DNA from: Octopus vulgaris
Lineage: Eukaryota
Direction: 5' to 3'
Assembly: GCA_951406725.2 (NCBI GenBank)
Contig: OX597816.1
Location: 176,886,001 to 176,950,000 of the forward strand
Length of the DNA stretch: 64,000 nt
Below, piece after piece: positions 62,276 through 64,000 of this stretch; the stretch's first letter is position 1; each line of letters begins with the position of its first letter. A program made the position numbers and the translations under genes. The notes under the pieces are model-generated. The model did not search any database, had not been told where the DNA came from, and worked only from the letters and a program-made list of their open reading frames with translations.

Positions 62276-64000
62276 AATAAATGTAGATGGAAAGGGAATT
62301 TGAAAAAAATGAATTAAAAAATTTTTTTCATATGAAGGAAAAAAAAAAAAAAAATGTTATTGTTTAATACACTTTTCACAGGAAAAGGAAATTATTTTGA
62401 AATAATGAAATTTTTTTTTTTCTGTAAAGTGTTTCAGCTGCTTTAGAAATCAGAGCTTGAATTCATTCCATTAATGAAATATATTCCCCTATTCGCTTCC
62501 TAGGCTGATGATTAGTAAATATTTACATCACAGCCATCGTTTTGATTTCTCTGGAGTCACCATTACTGAGTTCCTGTCTTTTAATTTGAATAAGATTCAA
62601 AACAAGTTACAGCCAGCCAAGGGAGAATACTCTGCCTGACAATTTTACTCGTTTGTCACAACTAGAAATAAAATGCATCTCCTGTCAAAATATTTGATTC
62701 AATATGTAAATTTCTAATTTGTCTTTTAAAAAAAGAAGAAAATTCCATTCTAACCCACATAGTTAAATGGATTATAAAAAAATAAGTATTATATGTATTT
62801 TGAACTTTTCATTAGTTTCTGCTAATAATTTCTGATGCAATACCCCCAATAATATTCTTACCTTATCTACTTAATTCTTACTATTCTATGTTTGATGTTG
62901 TTGTTGTTATCTCCAGCTGTATTGCTATGATAGCAAACAACTTTAAAAAAGCTGTTCTGCTGTATCAAACACAAGATACCATAACTTCTTGATCTTCTGC
63001 TAAATAATAAAAACAACGAATGCATTCCAAGAAGTTTCTCTTGCTCTCAAGAGAGTAAACATTCTAAAAGCATTTAGTCGCCGATATCATAGCTTCTGAA
63101 AACAAAGATTGACATCTATTAATTATATATCTTTCAGGCGTATCTGCTGTGTCGGAGCTTTAGAACGCTTCAATACACTTTCCAGCGCCAACCAACCAGC
63201 CAACCAACCAAACCACCCACCCACCCACCCAACCAACTAACACAGTGTGAGATTCAACCAACAGTGTTTACTATGACACCAATTCCAAGGATGTTATCTG
63301 CCCAACCATTAAGAACAGTCTCTATATTTTGAAGTTTGTCTTCCTTGTAACTGACTGAACTCTATAATCCCATTCTAACATGCAGCATCAATCGTAGTTG
63401 TTGTTGTTGTTGTTTTGGAATATCTATTTCCCTAACCCACATTCATTTTTGCATCAACAACAATTCTTGCATGTTTTTCTGGCCTAAATTTTATTTTTAT
63501 TTTTATTTTTTTTCACTGAGGAGAAAGGAGAAAGTTTTGCCCCACAAAAACATTTTCCTGTTTATTTTTGCAGAATCACATTTAACAATATCCAAAAAAA
63601 TACCAATGTAATAATGATTGAAAATTTTGGCACAAGGCCAGCAATTCCAAGAGTACATCAACCCCACTGCTCAGCTGGTACTTATTTAACTGGCCCTGAA
63701 AGGATGAAAGGCAAAGTCAACCTCAGCAGAATTTGAGTGTAAATATGGACAGAAAGCTGCTAAGCATTTTTTTGCCACCTCACCAACTTAAAACTATGTA
63801 ATAATAATAATAATAATAATAATATTGATCCTTTCTATTATAGGAACAAGGCCTGAAAATTGTTGGGAGGGGACTAGTTGACTACATTGACCCTAGTGTT
63901 TCACTGGTACTTGGTTTATTGACCCGGAAAAGAATGAAAAGCAAAGTCGACCTCAGTGAAATTTGAACTCAGAATGTAAAGATAGATGAAATGCTGCTAA

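Noticed and set aside
62861-63097. Exon-like segment on - (ttttcag acceptor, gtaaga donor) upstream of the TM exon
   Set aside because: There are stops in all three frames and no phase match to the TM exon. It could be non-coding but cannot be supported.

Overview
AT-rich, repeat-dense eukaryotic DNA whose SINE, microsatellite and LINE repertoire looks like an octopus (coleoid cephalopod) genome; the species call is an inference. Most entries in the ORF track are spurious readings of SINEs and microsatellites. Two spliced genes can be read by hand and they converge. On +, five 3' exons of a TTLL3/TTLL8-type tubulin monoglycylase (3147-21509) join with consistent phases. On -, three phase-consistent exons encode a transmembrane segment plus a long cytoplasmic tail of an unrecognised single-pass membrane protein (61805-45661). 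The rest is tRNA-derived SINEs, Tx1/L1-, CR1- and RTE-type LINE remnants, Tc1/mariner fossils, Helitrons, and hAT/piggyBac-like MITEs. The strongest unexplained signal is three Tx1-like retroelements that all end at the same nucleotide of the tRNA-derived head of the commonest SINE. One of them is an ORF1-only element with a perfect 15-bp target-site duplication, which suggests a SINE-targeting, site-specific retrotransposon with a non-autonomous partner. Also notable are a fold-back tRNA-headed element carrying a minimal hammerhead ribozyme, a misplaced partial duplicate of a TTLL3 exon, and several snap-back palindromes. Repeat boundaries are approximate unless a TSD is given.
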